Source: Schizochytrium sp. TIO01 (taxonomy: Eukaryota; Protista; Bigyra: Labyrinthulomycetes). From it: a DNA stretch of 64,000 nt. The stretch is from the NCBI GenBank assembly GCA_004764695.1, contig SMSO01000032.1:2170001-2234000 (forward strand). The letters are read 5' to 3'. Below the pieces are notes generated by a model. That model was not told where the DNA came from. It did no database searches and worked only from the letters and a program-made list of their open reading frames with translations. Position numbers and translations under genes: made by a program. Of the stretch, positions 1-10,800 are shown in pieces (position 1 is the stretch's first letter; each line of letters starts with the position of its first letter).

Positions 1-603
1 GGTATCCGCTACCAGTGTAACTATTGCGACAAGAGCTTCGGACAACTCGGTAGCTTGCGCAGGCATATGAAGTCCATTCACCCCAGCATGAAGGCCGCCC
101 GAGGAACCAACGATATCATGCGTAGTGCTAGTGAGAAGTCACAATCGGATGAGTCTACAATCAGCACTCCATCTCCGGTATCTCGGAGTCTTCCTCGCAC
201 CCCTTCTGCTCTCGGCGCTGGTGACTCCTCCCCTCGGTCCACTGGATCCGAGTCCACTGCTTCGCTTCTTTCAGTATCTGGTTTCAATGTCTCTCCTTCG
301 GAACTCAGCAAGTCGTCGAAGAAACGCCTTGCCCCCACAGATTTGATGAAGCAGTGGCCTGGTGCAAGTCCTAAGCAACGTCGTGCATCCACCGCATCTG
401 CTTCCCCGATGCATCTTGAGGAATTCGCAGAGTTTTCTGACATGGAGGCTGAACAAGAGGAGGTAGAGGAAGAAGACTACCAGGATCAGCAGAATATTGA
501 AGACGTTAACGAGGAGTCATACGAGGGTCCTTATCTAACCTTCAATTCTGCAGAGACACAGGCCATCGCCATCCTTGTCGGCATGCAAAATAATCTTCTT
601 TAA
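1..603 (+). CDS. C2H2 zinc-finger protein, 3' part (5' end lies outside the window)
   Basis: Frame 1 from base 1 reads GIRYQCNYCDKSFGQLGSLRRHMKSIHP, a canonical Y-x-C-x2-C-x3-F-x5-L-x2-H-x4-H finger. A Ser-rich and acidic tail follows, ending at TAA 601-603. Confidence 0.85.
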   Translation, partial: GIRYQCNYCDKSFGQLGSLRRHMKSIHPSMKAARGTNDIMRSASEKSQSDESTISTPSPVSRSLPRTPSALGAGDSSPRSTGSESTASLLSVSGFNVSPSELSKSSKKRLAPTDLMKQWPGASPKQRRASTASASPMHLEEFAEFSDMEAEQEEVEEEDYQDQQNIEDVNEESYEGPYLTFNSAETQAIAILVGMQNNLL

Positions 604-1679
604 GCTTTTGCATTTATTGCGGTACCATATGTCCACTAGCCAAGCTTGGCACCATGCGCGAGGCTGAGCAAATTGTCTCCATTTTTTCGCGATCACCTAC
701 CCCAACTTTTCATTTCAAGCTGGAAAGGTCTGACTACTCATTTTATTTTTCCATACCTTTTTTACCTACTGGGCGGACGCTCAAAGACACACTCGCCATG
801 CCATCTCCTGTCAGAGCAGCATTCAAGAAAAAATACAGAATAGATCTTCTATATCTATTTTCTCAAATAGCGCTCTTATGGTTAACTAGATGGTGTGCTT
901 TTCCCATGAAAACACATATGCTTTATGTGCATTTCTTTCTCTTTATACAACATGCTATGGCCCTCGCGTATCATGGTAGTATGAAAGAATATGTCTTTTG
1001 GGGCACGATTCCGCTCATATTTGTTGCCATACTTACTTTCCTTTTTTTCCCTTTTACAAATTACCTTTCTTTTAGCTATCAGCTCGCCTTCCATTTTTCT
1101 TTTCTTTTACTCACATTCTTTAGTACGATCACGAGACCGTTTATCCTCTTTTCTTACAAACTTTAAAGTAATTTGTTGTTTCTTTATTCTTCATCTTGTG
1201 ATTTCTATATTACTCTCCCTTGCAAGTTCAAGGTATACACTACAAAACCATTGCAGCGTTCAAACTACTGTCGCAACGCATACAAATCAACCCATACACA
1301 TTGAAAAATAATTTTATAAGTATGCCATAGTACATTTTGTTTTCATCATTTCAGAATTTTACTTGCAGCTTTTGCCACTTCAGAGTTGCAATCTTGAGAA
1401 CTTGGTTAGCAGGACTTCGAATGATCATCGGACTTTTGCTCGAAAGAGGTTTAACTATTCAAACATCGCCTCTACTGACCTCTTCTCTGGAGAAGTGAAA
1501 TCTCAAATTCTCCAATCCATCTACACCACACATGTTCACTGGCTATTCTCATGACAAGGGGCTTGTCATGGGTTTCGTAGGATTAATTGCACATGCCACT
1601 TCTTGACCTGAGGTGTTGTAAATGCTAGTTGGAAACCCGCGGCTTCAAAGCTTAGGTTGCACCGGTTCAGTAATTGCTT

Positions 1680-3002
1680 TCACATGTTAGCGCCCTCATC
1701 TTGAGTATTCTTTAGTCCCTTGATAAACAAACCCTTGCGAGATTTGTGGTCTTTCTTATTTTTCTTTTTCTTCTTTCTTCTCTTTTCCTCATCACGAGAA
1801 CCTATAGAATTGTTTTCGTTTTCCTCCTCATCATCACTCAAGTGAACTCGTTTACGATGTTCATTTTTAGTTTCAGTGGTGTCCATCTGCACATCATGAG
1901 AAAATTCATCAATGACAAGCCCTTCTTTTTCTTTGTGATTTCTTTTCCCCTTTTTGCGTTTCTTCTCATGTTTGCTCTTGCTAGAATGCTTTTTGGAGTT
2001 TTCTTTGAGCAATGCCATAGGGTCCAGAGCATCCTCATCCTCGTCATCATTGATGACGCCTACCGATTGTGAAATTAATCCATCAGCTTCAAAAAGATCT
2101 TTGTTCTTATCCTTTCTTTCAGAAGAATGGCCATGTTTCTCTCTCTTATTCTTCTTACTCTTTCTGTGCTTTTTATCCCCGACCGTATCATCATCCTGGC
2201 AAATCTGGATGGGCAGTTTCTGGGAGAAACCCACTGACGCATTCTCCATTGATTCATTATTGCATTTCTTTTCATGAGCTGAAGACATTTCTTTGATGTA
2301 TTCGTGCATTGTTAAGTCATCGTCAGAATCTGAAGGGAGCTCTACTCCATCGTCATCTGCCAAAAGGTCAGGAATGCTTTCGTTATCAAGGGGTCCTCCT
2401 GCATCAATTTTGGGTTGCAAAGCGGAGCGCCTCTCCACAGGGAGCATTCTGGCTTGTACAAGTACTGACCGAAGGGCCAAACGAGGTAAAGCTAGCGAGA
2501 TCACAGACTCGTCCTCCAGTAATGAGTCTATAAAATCGTCCATTGTTGTGAGCTCCCAGCCAGCCTTCGTCTGAACTCGAAGCTTACGATAGTCTACCAT
2601 GAGCGGTTCAAGTAGTCCGTACACATCTGCGGGACGAGCCGTCATTCGCACAAACATCGCAGCCAGAGCACGCATGTACTTAAACTCCTGATTATCAAGC
2701 ATAGCCTTTGTGATATCCAGTGCAGGGTTGATTTGAAGCATCTTCACCAAGAGGCAAATAAACGGAGTAGGTTTATTTGTCTCGCTGGAGACCGATCCGA
2801 TAAATTCTAGCTCTGCAGCACGGTCAACTAAGTCTGCAGCATTTAGAGCAAAACAGTATTGCTGCCAATACGAAGATTCATACACACGTAAGCGCAAAAT
2901 ATGCTCTACGAGGTTCACAGGGTCCGTACCATGTACAAGTGGTCGGCTCAGCACGCCGTCCACGGGAATGTTGACCCTCGTGGGCGCAACTTCCGAAGAC
3001 AT
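1680..3002 (-). CDS. PRP38: Pre-mRNA-splicing factor 38 (PRP38A-like)
   Basis: HGTDPVNLVEHILRLRVYESSYWQQYCFALNAADLVD, KPTPFICLLVKMLQI, FKYMRAL and LEPLMVDYRKLR match the PRP38 N-terminal domain. The C-terminal tail is Lys/acidic. The first ATG is at 3002; the ORF track start at 3050 is not ATG. Confidence 0.93.
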   Translation of the reverse strand: MSSEVAPTRVNIPVDGVLSRPLVHGTDPVNLVEHILRLRVYESSYWQQYCFALNAADLVDRAAELEFIGSVSSETNKPTPFICLLVKMLQINPALDITKAMLDNQEFKYMRALAAMFVRMTARPADVYGLLEPLMVDYRKLRVQTKAGWELTTMDDFIDSLLEDESVISLALPRLALRSVLVQARMLPVERRSALQPKIDAGGPLDNESIPDLLADDDGVELPSDSDDDLTMHEYIKEMSSAHEKKCNNESMENASVGFSQKLPIQICQDDDTVGDKKHRKSKKNKREKHGHSSERKDKNKDLFEADGLISQSVGVINDDEDEDALDPMALLKENSKKHSSKSKHEKKRKKGKRNHKEKEGLVIDEFSHDVQMDTTETKNEHRKRVHLSDDEEENENNSIGSRDEEKRRKKKKKNKKDHKSRKGLFIKGLKNTQDEGANM

Positions 3003-3762
3003 GGCTGTCACCAGACGACTTTTCCGAAACTGAAAATCAGGCCCAGACAACTCTCAAGCTAGCATTGCCAAGGAAACCTCCGCTGGAGCCTTTTCCAAGG
3101 CAGTGCAAGTGACAGAGCGCTTGCTTGCCCTAGCGATTTGATCTGCTTCTCGTTGATAGTCCCTACCTTTAAACTTTATCTACTAAGCCTATTACCTTCT
3201 TAATCACTATTACTAGTAGTCACCAGTTTCTAATTCTTTCAACTAATGTTATGAACAGTAGTCTACTAATTTAATACCTCGGCTAATTTTGAGGACCTCG
3301 CGGTATTAATAGAAGTACCGTCAAAAACAATGAAGCTAGGGATACCTTATTACCATCTAACTAAACTGTGATATGGAACTCTCAAGGAACCTCCGAAGAA
3401 TGTAGAGACCACGGTGGAAGAGGAGATGAGAATCACAGAGGCTCAAGGGGCATTCCTTCAACGCAAATCATGACTGGAATTTCCTATCTACATGAATGCC
3501 ATTTAGATCTTCGGAAGCAGGAAACTATGATGGGATTACCAGAGGGGATCCACAGCAGCAGAAACCTAATTGATTGATTGGCTGAGCAACTTGTTTTGAC
3601 AACTGCGAAGAGGAGGCAAAGGTTGTGCTGCATGTCAAGGGTAATCTTCTGACCTGGGCTGAGCCAAGCAGCAGAAAGACTAACCAACCTAGCTCTCTCT
3701 TGTAATCGGTTCAGAGTTAGCTTGGAGGCATAAACAAGACAATACCGCCTTCGACTGGCATA

Positions 3763-5376
3763 ATGAGTCAGGTTGTTACGAACGGAGCTAAGGCGGCATA
3801 CACGGTAGTCATTTGGTTTAGAAACGACTTAAGACTGCGCGATAATGCGGTTCTACAACATCCGGAACTGAAGAAAGCCACGCATCTTCTTGGCGTGTAC
3901 TGTTTTGATGATCGCTTCGAGAATCGTTTCACACGAAGGTTTCGTGAACAAGCGCTTGGAGAGCTCCAGCAAGACTTTTCGAATACGTTTGGGGCACCAT
4001 TGCAATGCTTTCAAGGGAAACCTGAAAATATCATTCCGCAGATTGTGCAAAGTCTTTCGAATACCTCGGGTGGGTCCGTTCTAGCTAGCGAGGAAGTCAC
4101 CTCGTATGAAAAAGGCATTGATGAAAAGCTTCAGGCTAGCTTGTCTCCTTTAGGGTTCTCTCTGCGACTTGTGTGGAATTACAGCCTTTATCATCCGGAT
4201 GACCTTCCTTTCGATGTCCGAGCTGGAGAGTTACCAGAGCCCTACACCTCGTTCCGCAAGCGAATTGAGGACAACAATGTTCAAGTTCGACCGCTACTTG
4301 AAGTTCCCCAACTACCTAAACTCCCTTGCCCAGAATTCAAGGGGCAAGGCGTTAGGCTTGAATCTCTCCCAAATATCTTCACACCAAGAGACAATGGTGA
4401 AGCTAGGGACATCTCACCGCATGGATTTGAAAGCAAGACATCAGGCACAGAATCACACTGTTTAACATTTCGAGGAGGCGAGTCTGCTGCTCTTCAAAGG
4501 CTAGAATACTTTATTGAACATGGTTTAGCAGAGTACAAAACCAAACGGAATGGGTCAGTCGGGTGGGATTACTCGAGTAAAATGTCACCTTGGCTGGCTG
4601 CTGGTTGCATATCACCCCGTCAAATTTATCACCGTATTCAAAAGTTTGAAAATAAACACGGAGAGAGCGTGCATACATATTGGTGTGCAGTTTTTGAGCA
4701 GCTCTGGCGTGACTTTCTTCGATTTCATGCAATGAAATATGGAAACAAAATATTTTTTGAACTTGGGCCATCTGGTGAAATGCCCAAGGGAGCGACATGG
4801 TCATATGGAGATCGCGACACAGTGCGTAAATTTGAGGCTTGGAAAGAGGGTCGAACTGGAATTCCCTGGGTCGATGGCCATATGCGGGAAATCGTGCGTA
4901 CTGGCTTCATGTCTAATCGAGGGCGACAAAACGTAGCTAGTTTCCTTATTCACAATCTACAGGTTGACTGGCGCAAGGGTGCTAAATTTTTTGAAGACAC
5001 TCTGATTGACCACGACGTAACAAGCAATTATGGAAATTGGCTAGCCGTTGCAGGCGTAGCATCTCGTGGTTCACGTCTCAACCGCTTTAACATGGATAAG
5101 CAAGCCCGTGATTATGATAAGCTTGCCGAACACGCACGTCTGTGGATTCCAGAGTTATCGAGTGTACGCCCGGAAGCTATTCATGATCTTGCTCTGCGTG
5201 GTAACAACTCGGGTATGGACAAATACCGCAAGTCTGTTGCCTTAGCAGATGCGGAGAAGGCAAAAGTCAACTACCCGACCCCTATCGTGCGACTGCCGCA
5301 GCACGATCCCTCTAAACGTCATTCTCGCACAAAGCGAGCTCATAAAGGCAAGAACAATGTCTTCTATACCACCTAA
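3763..5376 (+). CDS. CRY-DASH: Cryptochrome DASH (photolyase/cryptochrome family)
   Basis: WFRNDLRLRDN, GGESAALQRL, YKTKRNG...DYSSKMSPWLAAGCISPR, FEQLWRDF, GFMSNRGRQNVASFL and DHDVTSNYGNW are typical DASH-subfamily motifs. Confidence 0.92.
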   Translation: MSQVVTNGAKAAYTVVIWFRNDLRLRDNAVLQHPELKKATHLLGVYCFDDRFENRFTRRFREQALGELQQDFSNTFGAPLQCFQGKPENIIPQIVQSLSNTSGGSVLASEEVTSYEKGIDEKLQASLSPLGFSLRLVWNYSLYHPDDLPFDVRAGELPEPYTSFRKRIEDNNVQVRPLLEVPQLPKLPCPEFKGQGVRLESLPNIFTPRDNGEARDISPHGFESKTSGTESHCLTFRGGESAALQRLEYFIEHGLAEYKTKRNGSVGWDYSSKMSPWLAAGCISPRQIYHRIQKFENKHGESVHTYWCAVFEQLWRDFLRFHAMKYGNKIFFELGPSGEMPKGATWSYGDRDTVRKFEAWKEGRTGIPWVDGHMREIVRTGFMSNRGRQNVASFLIHNLQVDWRKGAKFFEDTLIDHDVTSNYGNWLAVAGVASRGSRLNRFNMDKQARDYDKLAEHARLWIPELSSVRPEAIHDLALRGNNSGMDKYRKSVALADAEKAKVNYPTPIVRLPQHDPSKRHSRTKRAHKGKNNVFYTT

Positions 5377-6396
5377 AAGATGTAAGGAGCCTCCTACATG
5401 TCCGAGAAGATCAAGAATCATGCTGAGATGTAGAACAAAGTTTAGTGATATCTAAAATTTGATCCTTTGACTATGTTCTGACTTTCCCAAATAGGGATGT
5501 GACGACCCCGAACAAGACTTCGATACTTTGGGATGCACCTCAAAATACGTTAAGTAGGTAACTCTTATGATATAGTATAGTTTTTTTTATGCTTATGGCC
5601 ATGCGCTGGGATGAAAATATCTTTTTTTCTGTCCTCAATTTTATGAGACGCAGTAGATTTTGTTATCAATCGCCTTGCTTAGGTGAAATCCCAGAAATAA
5701 CCTCAAATCTTGAAAATTCGAGCTGCAAATGCACCCTCAGATTGGATCTCACATAATCGCTACTGCCTTCGCAATTATTCGCAACAGAAGTCGATTATTA
5801 CAGAATTTGCAAAAACCTTATAGAATGTTTGTAATGTTTGTATCATGATATGGAATTTGCCTTAAAGTCGTTTTTAATTTCTTTATCACATCTTATTCTC
5901 CGAAGATGGTAGTTTCTCAATATGTCCTGTCACTCTCAATAATAGGATCTACTTCTATCAGATCCTATTTCAAAGTTGGGGAAGGCTCCTGTAAAAACAT
6001 GATTTACTTAACAAGTGTGTACTATATTACCTCATACCTAACCCACATACCTAACCTAACCAGTGCAGGCTTCGTGGCTGCCGCCATTACCGCACCAGCC
6101 CAAACCTATCCTCCTAGCTACACCACTTTTCTTTTTTTTCTTTTTCTGTGTCTTCGCTCAAGCTGCTCTTCCGCATATCCACTGACGAACACTAACTCTC
6201 GATATTCTGTTCGAGGAGTGGCTGAAAATATGTAGGGCTTCGACTTGAGTTTATACCCGAGTAGAAGGATGTCAGAGGTAGCCTCTGACTAGAGGTTTGG
6301 TACTGAGAGTGACGAGTCTTAATTGCACTAGTGGTATGTTTTGCCTCGAGATTTTTACCCAAGCTTAACAGTAAAGGATTGAAAGGAGTGCGTAGT

Positions 6397-6398
<2 letters not shown>

Positions 6399-6430
<32 letters not shown>
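6399..6430. repeat. (CT)16 microsatellite
   Basis: Visible directly. Confidence 0.93.
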
Positions 6431-6433
<3 letters not shown>

Positions 6434-7849
6434 ACCAATAAACCGCGAACTTTTGAGGATTTAAAGCAGATTAGACAGAACTGAGATTCGTGTGTTTGCC
6501 TTGAAAAAAAAAAAATCCAGCTATATGGAAGATTCGACATCATACACTGTAGGCAGCACACAGGTGGAAACACGTGCTTGAACATACATTCTTGGGCTTA
6601 CGATTCACTAGTCTTGAGCAAGATGAACACCGTAGGTGGCCATTAGGATAAACTCAGCTCTGTCTCATTAAAATGGTGCATGATGGACATTGGAAGTACT
6701 GCTCGGAATTTTCAATTCCGTCTCGGCGAGGGAAATACCTTCTTCTGAACTACAATCGTGCGCCGCAAATGTCCTCAAAAGAAAGTTCGAAACTGGACAC
6801 TCACATTCTTTGGCTCTGAAGAACCACATTGTCCCTTTTGTAAATAAAACTTTGAGTAGACAAAACTCAAAACTCAAATTTAGACCCAGTGCAAGTTATA
6901 GATCGACATAGTGAGTGCACCAGGCGCACGCCACAAATGCACCCTTGAGCATACTCAGGTACGGTGCGCTGGACCACGATAAACATTTCTAACAAATGCT
7001 TGCAGAAACTTGAACAGTTCGAATACGTTTTCCGAAACCTTCGAACCTCAGGGTGCGAAGTGTCTTGTTTGGGGCTGCAACATGCGCGCGCAAGAAATGC
7101 ACCCATGGACAAGCTCAACTTTCATGGACGCTCAATCTGCATGATTCGAGCTCAAATAACATTGTCGGAGAGATGAGCACACCATGCGAACCTTGGAGAG
7201 TTCAAAAATAAAAGTTGACTGCAAGCTATGCTCTTGAAATAAAACCACTCCACTGGTAGCAATAGAAATAACGACGTTTGACATAGGCATAGGGTGCACA
7301 CTGCTCGAAATGACAGAACAGCAAATGCTTACAAATTGTTAAATGCACCCTCGAGCAAAGAGGGATTTGATTACGCGTGATGGATTCATGTCAATAAGAA
7401 TATCACAATCCAAAACAAAAAGACCACTGGCAAATCAAATAATCAGAAGTTTTTTTTTTAAAGTTCATATAACAGTAGCAACCTATCCCCGAGCGAGAAC
7501 GCGCTGGATTGCTCCATGTTTAGATATATCGAAATGTCTGAGGACACGCATCAATATCGTCACATCTAAGAAGTCCTATTCCATAAAGAAATTTCCAATC
7601 TTGAACTTGTTTCAGATATGAAAAGCAGAGTATGTCGCTTCTCATTTGGTGCCTTTTGAGGTCAACACCTCCCTCCCTGTCTATATATTGATAGCCAGCC
7701 GTACTGTACTAAGTTAAACGAGGCTAAACTCAAAGAGGGATACCCAAAGACTAAATTGAGAAATCAAACCCCAAAGATCGAGATTGAAATTGGCAGACAA
7801 TTTTCTCCGCATTGACGTTTGAGCTAGCTGTTGAAGGCATCTAATTAAG

Positions 7850-10800
7850 ATGTATATAATATATGTCTGGATTCTTGCCGTCTTAGCTTTGATCAACTTC
7901 ACTTCTGCAGTCGAAGACAGAGCAAGTCAGGACGTTGTTACAAACCCTTTGTTTGCCTGCCTGTGGTTGGGCCCCCCGTACTCAGGCGATGGATATGATC
8001 AACTGACCACCGCTTCTGCAGCTAATTGTAGGTCTACTTGCTTAAATAGATGGAAAACATCTCGGCATCGTGGCATGTACGGAACCAATGACAATGGAGG
8101 CTCCGAGCAGAATCCGTGCTCCAGCAATCAGGGAGCAACGTGCTCAAAATTATACTCTCCGCCAGGAAAAACTTTAAACCCCCCGCCAAACCTCTCCGGT
8201 TACATTACCAAGTGGAAACTCTCTCCATGCTACTCAATCTCTGGACAATACGCGAATATTGTAAACCAACAGTTTGGCCCAGGCCCTGCTATGTATGGAT
8301 TTGAATCAACTCACGCGTTCAGTGGCAGTGCTCAGGATGTCAATTTTTTGTCTGGACAATCCACGGACAGTCGCATAAAATACGTGAAAGAGGTAACTGT
8401 TTCACTAAGATCCGACGCTCCAAGTTTGTGCAAGGAAGGAGGTACACCCTCGGCAGACTCTGACCTATGCTTGGCTTGGAAATTCAATACTCAAAACCAC
8501 CGTTGTTCTTTGTATAAGAACGCATTGACAACAGCAACCCCAATCCCTTATACAGTTTCTGGAAATGACGTATATTCTATCTCACAGAACCTATACTGCA
8601 ACAGCGACGCTGGTGATATTCGTGTTGCGAAGTGGGCTATCGATCTTCAAGGTGCCCAGGGATGTGCGCTGGAGGGGTCAAGTTTTACGGGATCGATTTT
8701 TCAATCTAAAGCTGATAACCCTCATGAATGCCGTCGATCATGCCAACAGCACTCCCGTGTTATGTTTGGAAATTTGATTCGCTTTCTAGGAGCTGCTACG
8801 GCGGAACTGTACAAAGTCTTATTTCATATGGTGATGATGGGGATTATACTACAGGCACTGCATACTGTCCAACATGTCTTGAGGGATACTACATTCCCGC
8901 TGAACATGACGATACGTCAGACGGCTGCATTCCCTGCCCCCAAGGCTACACATGTAAAAATGGAAGACTTCAAAGGTGTTCAGGTGGTTTATTCTGTGGT
9001 GATCTTGGTATTGTTACCCCGAGCGAGTACGATAACTCCAATGATGCAACATCTTGCCTACCTCACCGGAGTGGCGTTGGTTGTCAACACATGATATGCG
9101 AAGCGTCTAGACTTGGACAAGCATTGGCACAAATGAACTTCCAAGATCCTTTTGGCTTCTTTAGGGACCATGAGTATTCAATCGATGAGCTTGATGTACG
9201 TGAAACTCTAGTGAACATCGACAAAAATGGACTCGGAAAGCATGGTCTCGAGATAAGAATTTCACACAGTTTATCTCCAGAGCTTTTCACACACTTTGCC
9301 GGAGAAATTCATTTTCCCTCCAATAAGTATTCTGTTAGCATTCTCAATCCCGCTTGGGACTGTGCTGATGTTCATACAACTATAGTACAAAGTACTACGA
9401 GCATTCCCAGCACAATGAGCATTGGAGACACGTTCTCTCTGCAAAATTGGCAAATGCACTGGAACAAATCTGCGGTTTTCGACCCTGCCAATTGGTTCAG
9501 TACAGATTCAAACTCGAAGACGCTTGTGAACGATCTCATCACAATTCTACCTACACAACCAAGCTTCGCACTCAGTTTTTTAAGTCAAGTCAAAATATCA
9601 GTGGGCATGCTTGGGAGTCAGTCACGTAGACCAGGCGTGACAATTTATTACCAGATTGGAAATCAGGATCCAACAATCTACACTGCAGCGACCGGCATCG
9701 ACGGAACAGTTACTGTTACTGTGAAGGACAGTACCACCAAAGCACTCACATCAAGCATCACGATTCTCGCTGCAAACAAGACTAATGCAAATTACAACAT
9801 AAGGTTGTGCCCAGAAGAGCTAGAAAGCTGCAGGACGACTAGTCTCGGCTTGCCGCATACAAAAGTATTAAGTTATCTGCAAGCATACACAGTTGAGCTT
9901 ATAGATGTGAATGTGATTCCTATCCAAGGCGTTTTGACAACACTCTTTGAAAGTGGCTCTTGCGCAGCGGCTGATGTTGAGGTGCATGCTATGGATGTGA
10001 GTAACGACGTACCTGTTATCATCGACAGTGCAGTAACAGCTTCTGATGGCTCGTTCTCTCTAGCAGCCTCAGCCACTTATGTTCAACTTCTCTTTGGAGA
10101 AGCAAAGGATACCCTTGACGTGCCTTCTAACGAAGATGCGGTTATTGGTGCACTCCTTAGTTCTGCAGGTTTACTTCTAACAAGCGAATTGTCGGGCCTC
10201 GACATTACTTATACAAGAACATCCACATTAGATATACATGCAGCTGCAACAGTGTGCGACTATTCTATTGGAGCTGTTGATATTTTTCTCACCATTGATG
10301 CTTGCCCGGGAATAGCTCTGCCATCGCACTTTTGTAGAGACATATTCGTTTTGGAACATACCATCTGCAAAATACACCTTTGAGATGAATTTTGCAAGCG
10401 GGAACAAAGATATAAAAGACTCCTATGAGCTTTTATATCCAGACGTAGCATCCCGTAGCATCAACCTAATCTCCAAGAATGCAACCTTGAACTTTCTTTA
10501 TCAACCTGAACCACGGCTTTTTGCAGAGATATCCACTGCAGACTCTATTCCTCGAGGCCAATGTGACCTCGGTACTCTACCGTTTGATTCTGTAACTTCA
10601 GGAAGCTCTGACATTAATATCGAGGTATCCTTTCTTCAAACGTACACTGAGAACTCCGGGGTCTCTCACACTTGCGCCATGTTACCCCATGGCGCATCTG
10701 TTGTTGTTTCCAGTCAGCTTGCGCCAGGTGAAGACAACACTTGCGAATCAAAATCGCCATGCGTGTTTCCCGTAAATGCGGTCTCCGGGATTAATAAGTC

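Noticed and set aside
654-1311. Hydrophobic ORFs (170 aa and 106 aa) that look like membrane proteins
   Set aside because: They derive from T-rich 3'-UTR/intergenic sequence (Phe/Leu/Ile bias) and contain no recognisable motif.
1550-1570. Hairpin CATGACAAG-GGG-CTTGTCATG, and GTCAGAGG-TAG-CCTCTGAC at 6271-6289
   Set aside because: Isolated 8-9-bp stems are expected occasionally by chance; no U-tract, TSD or second copy.
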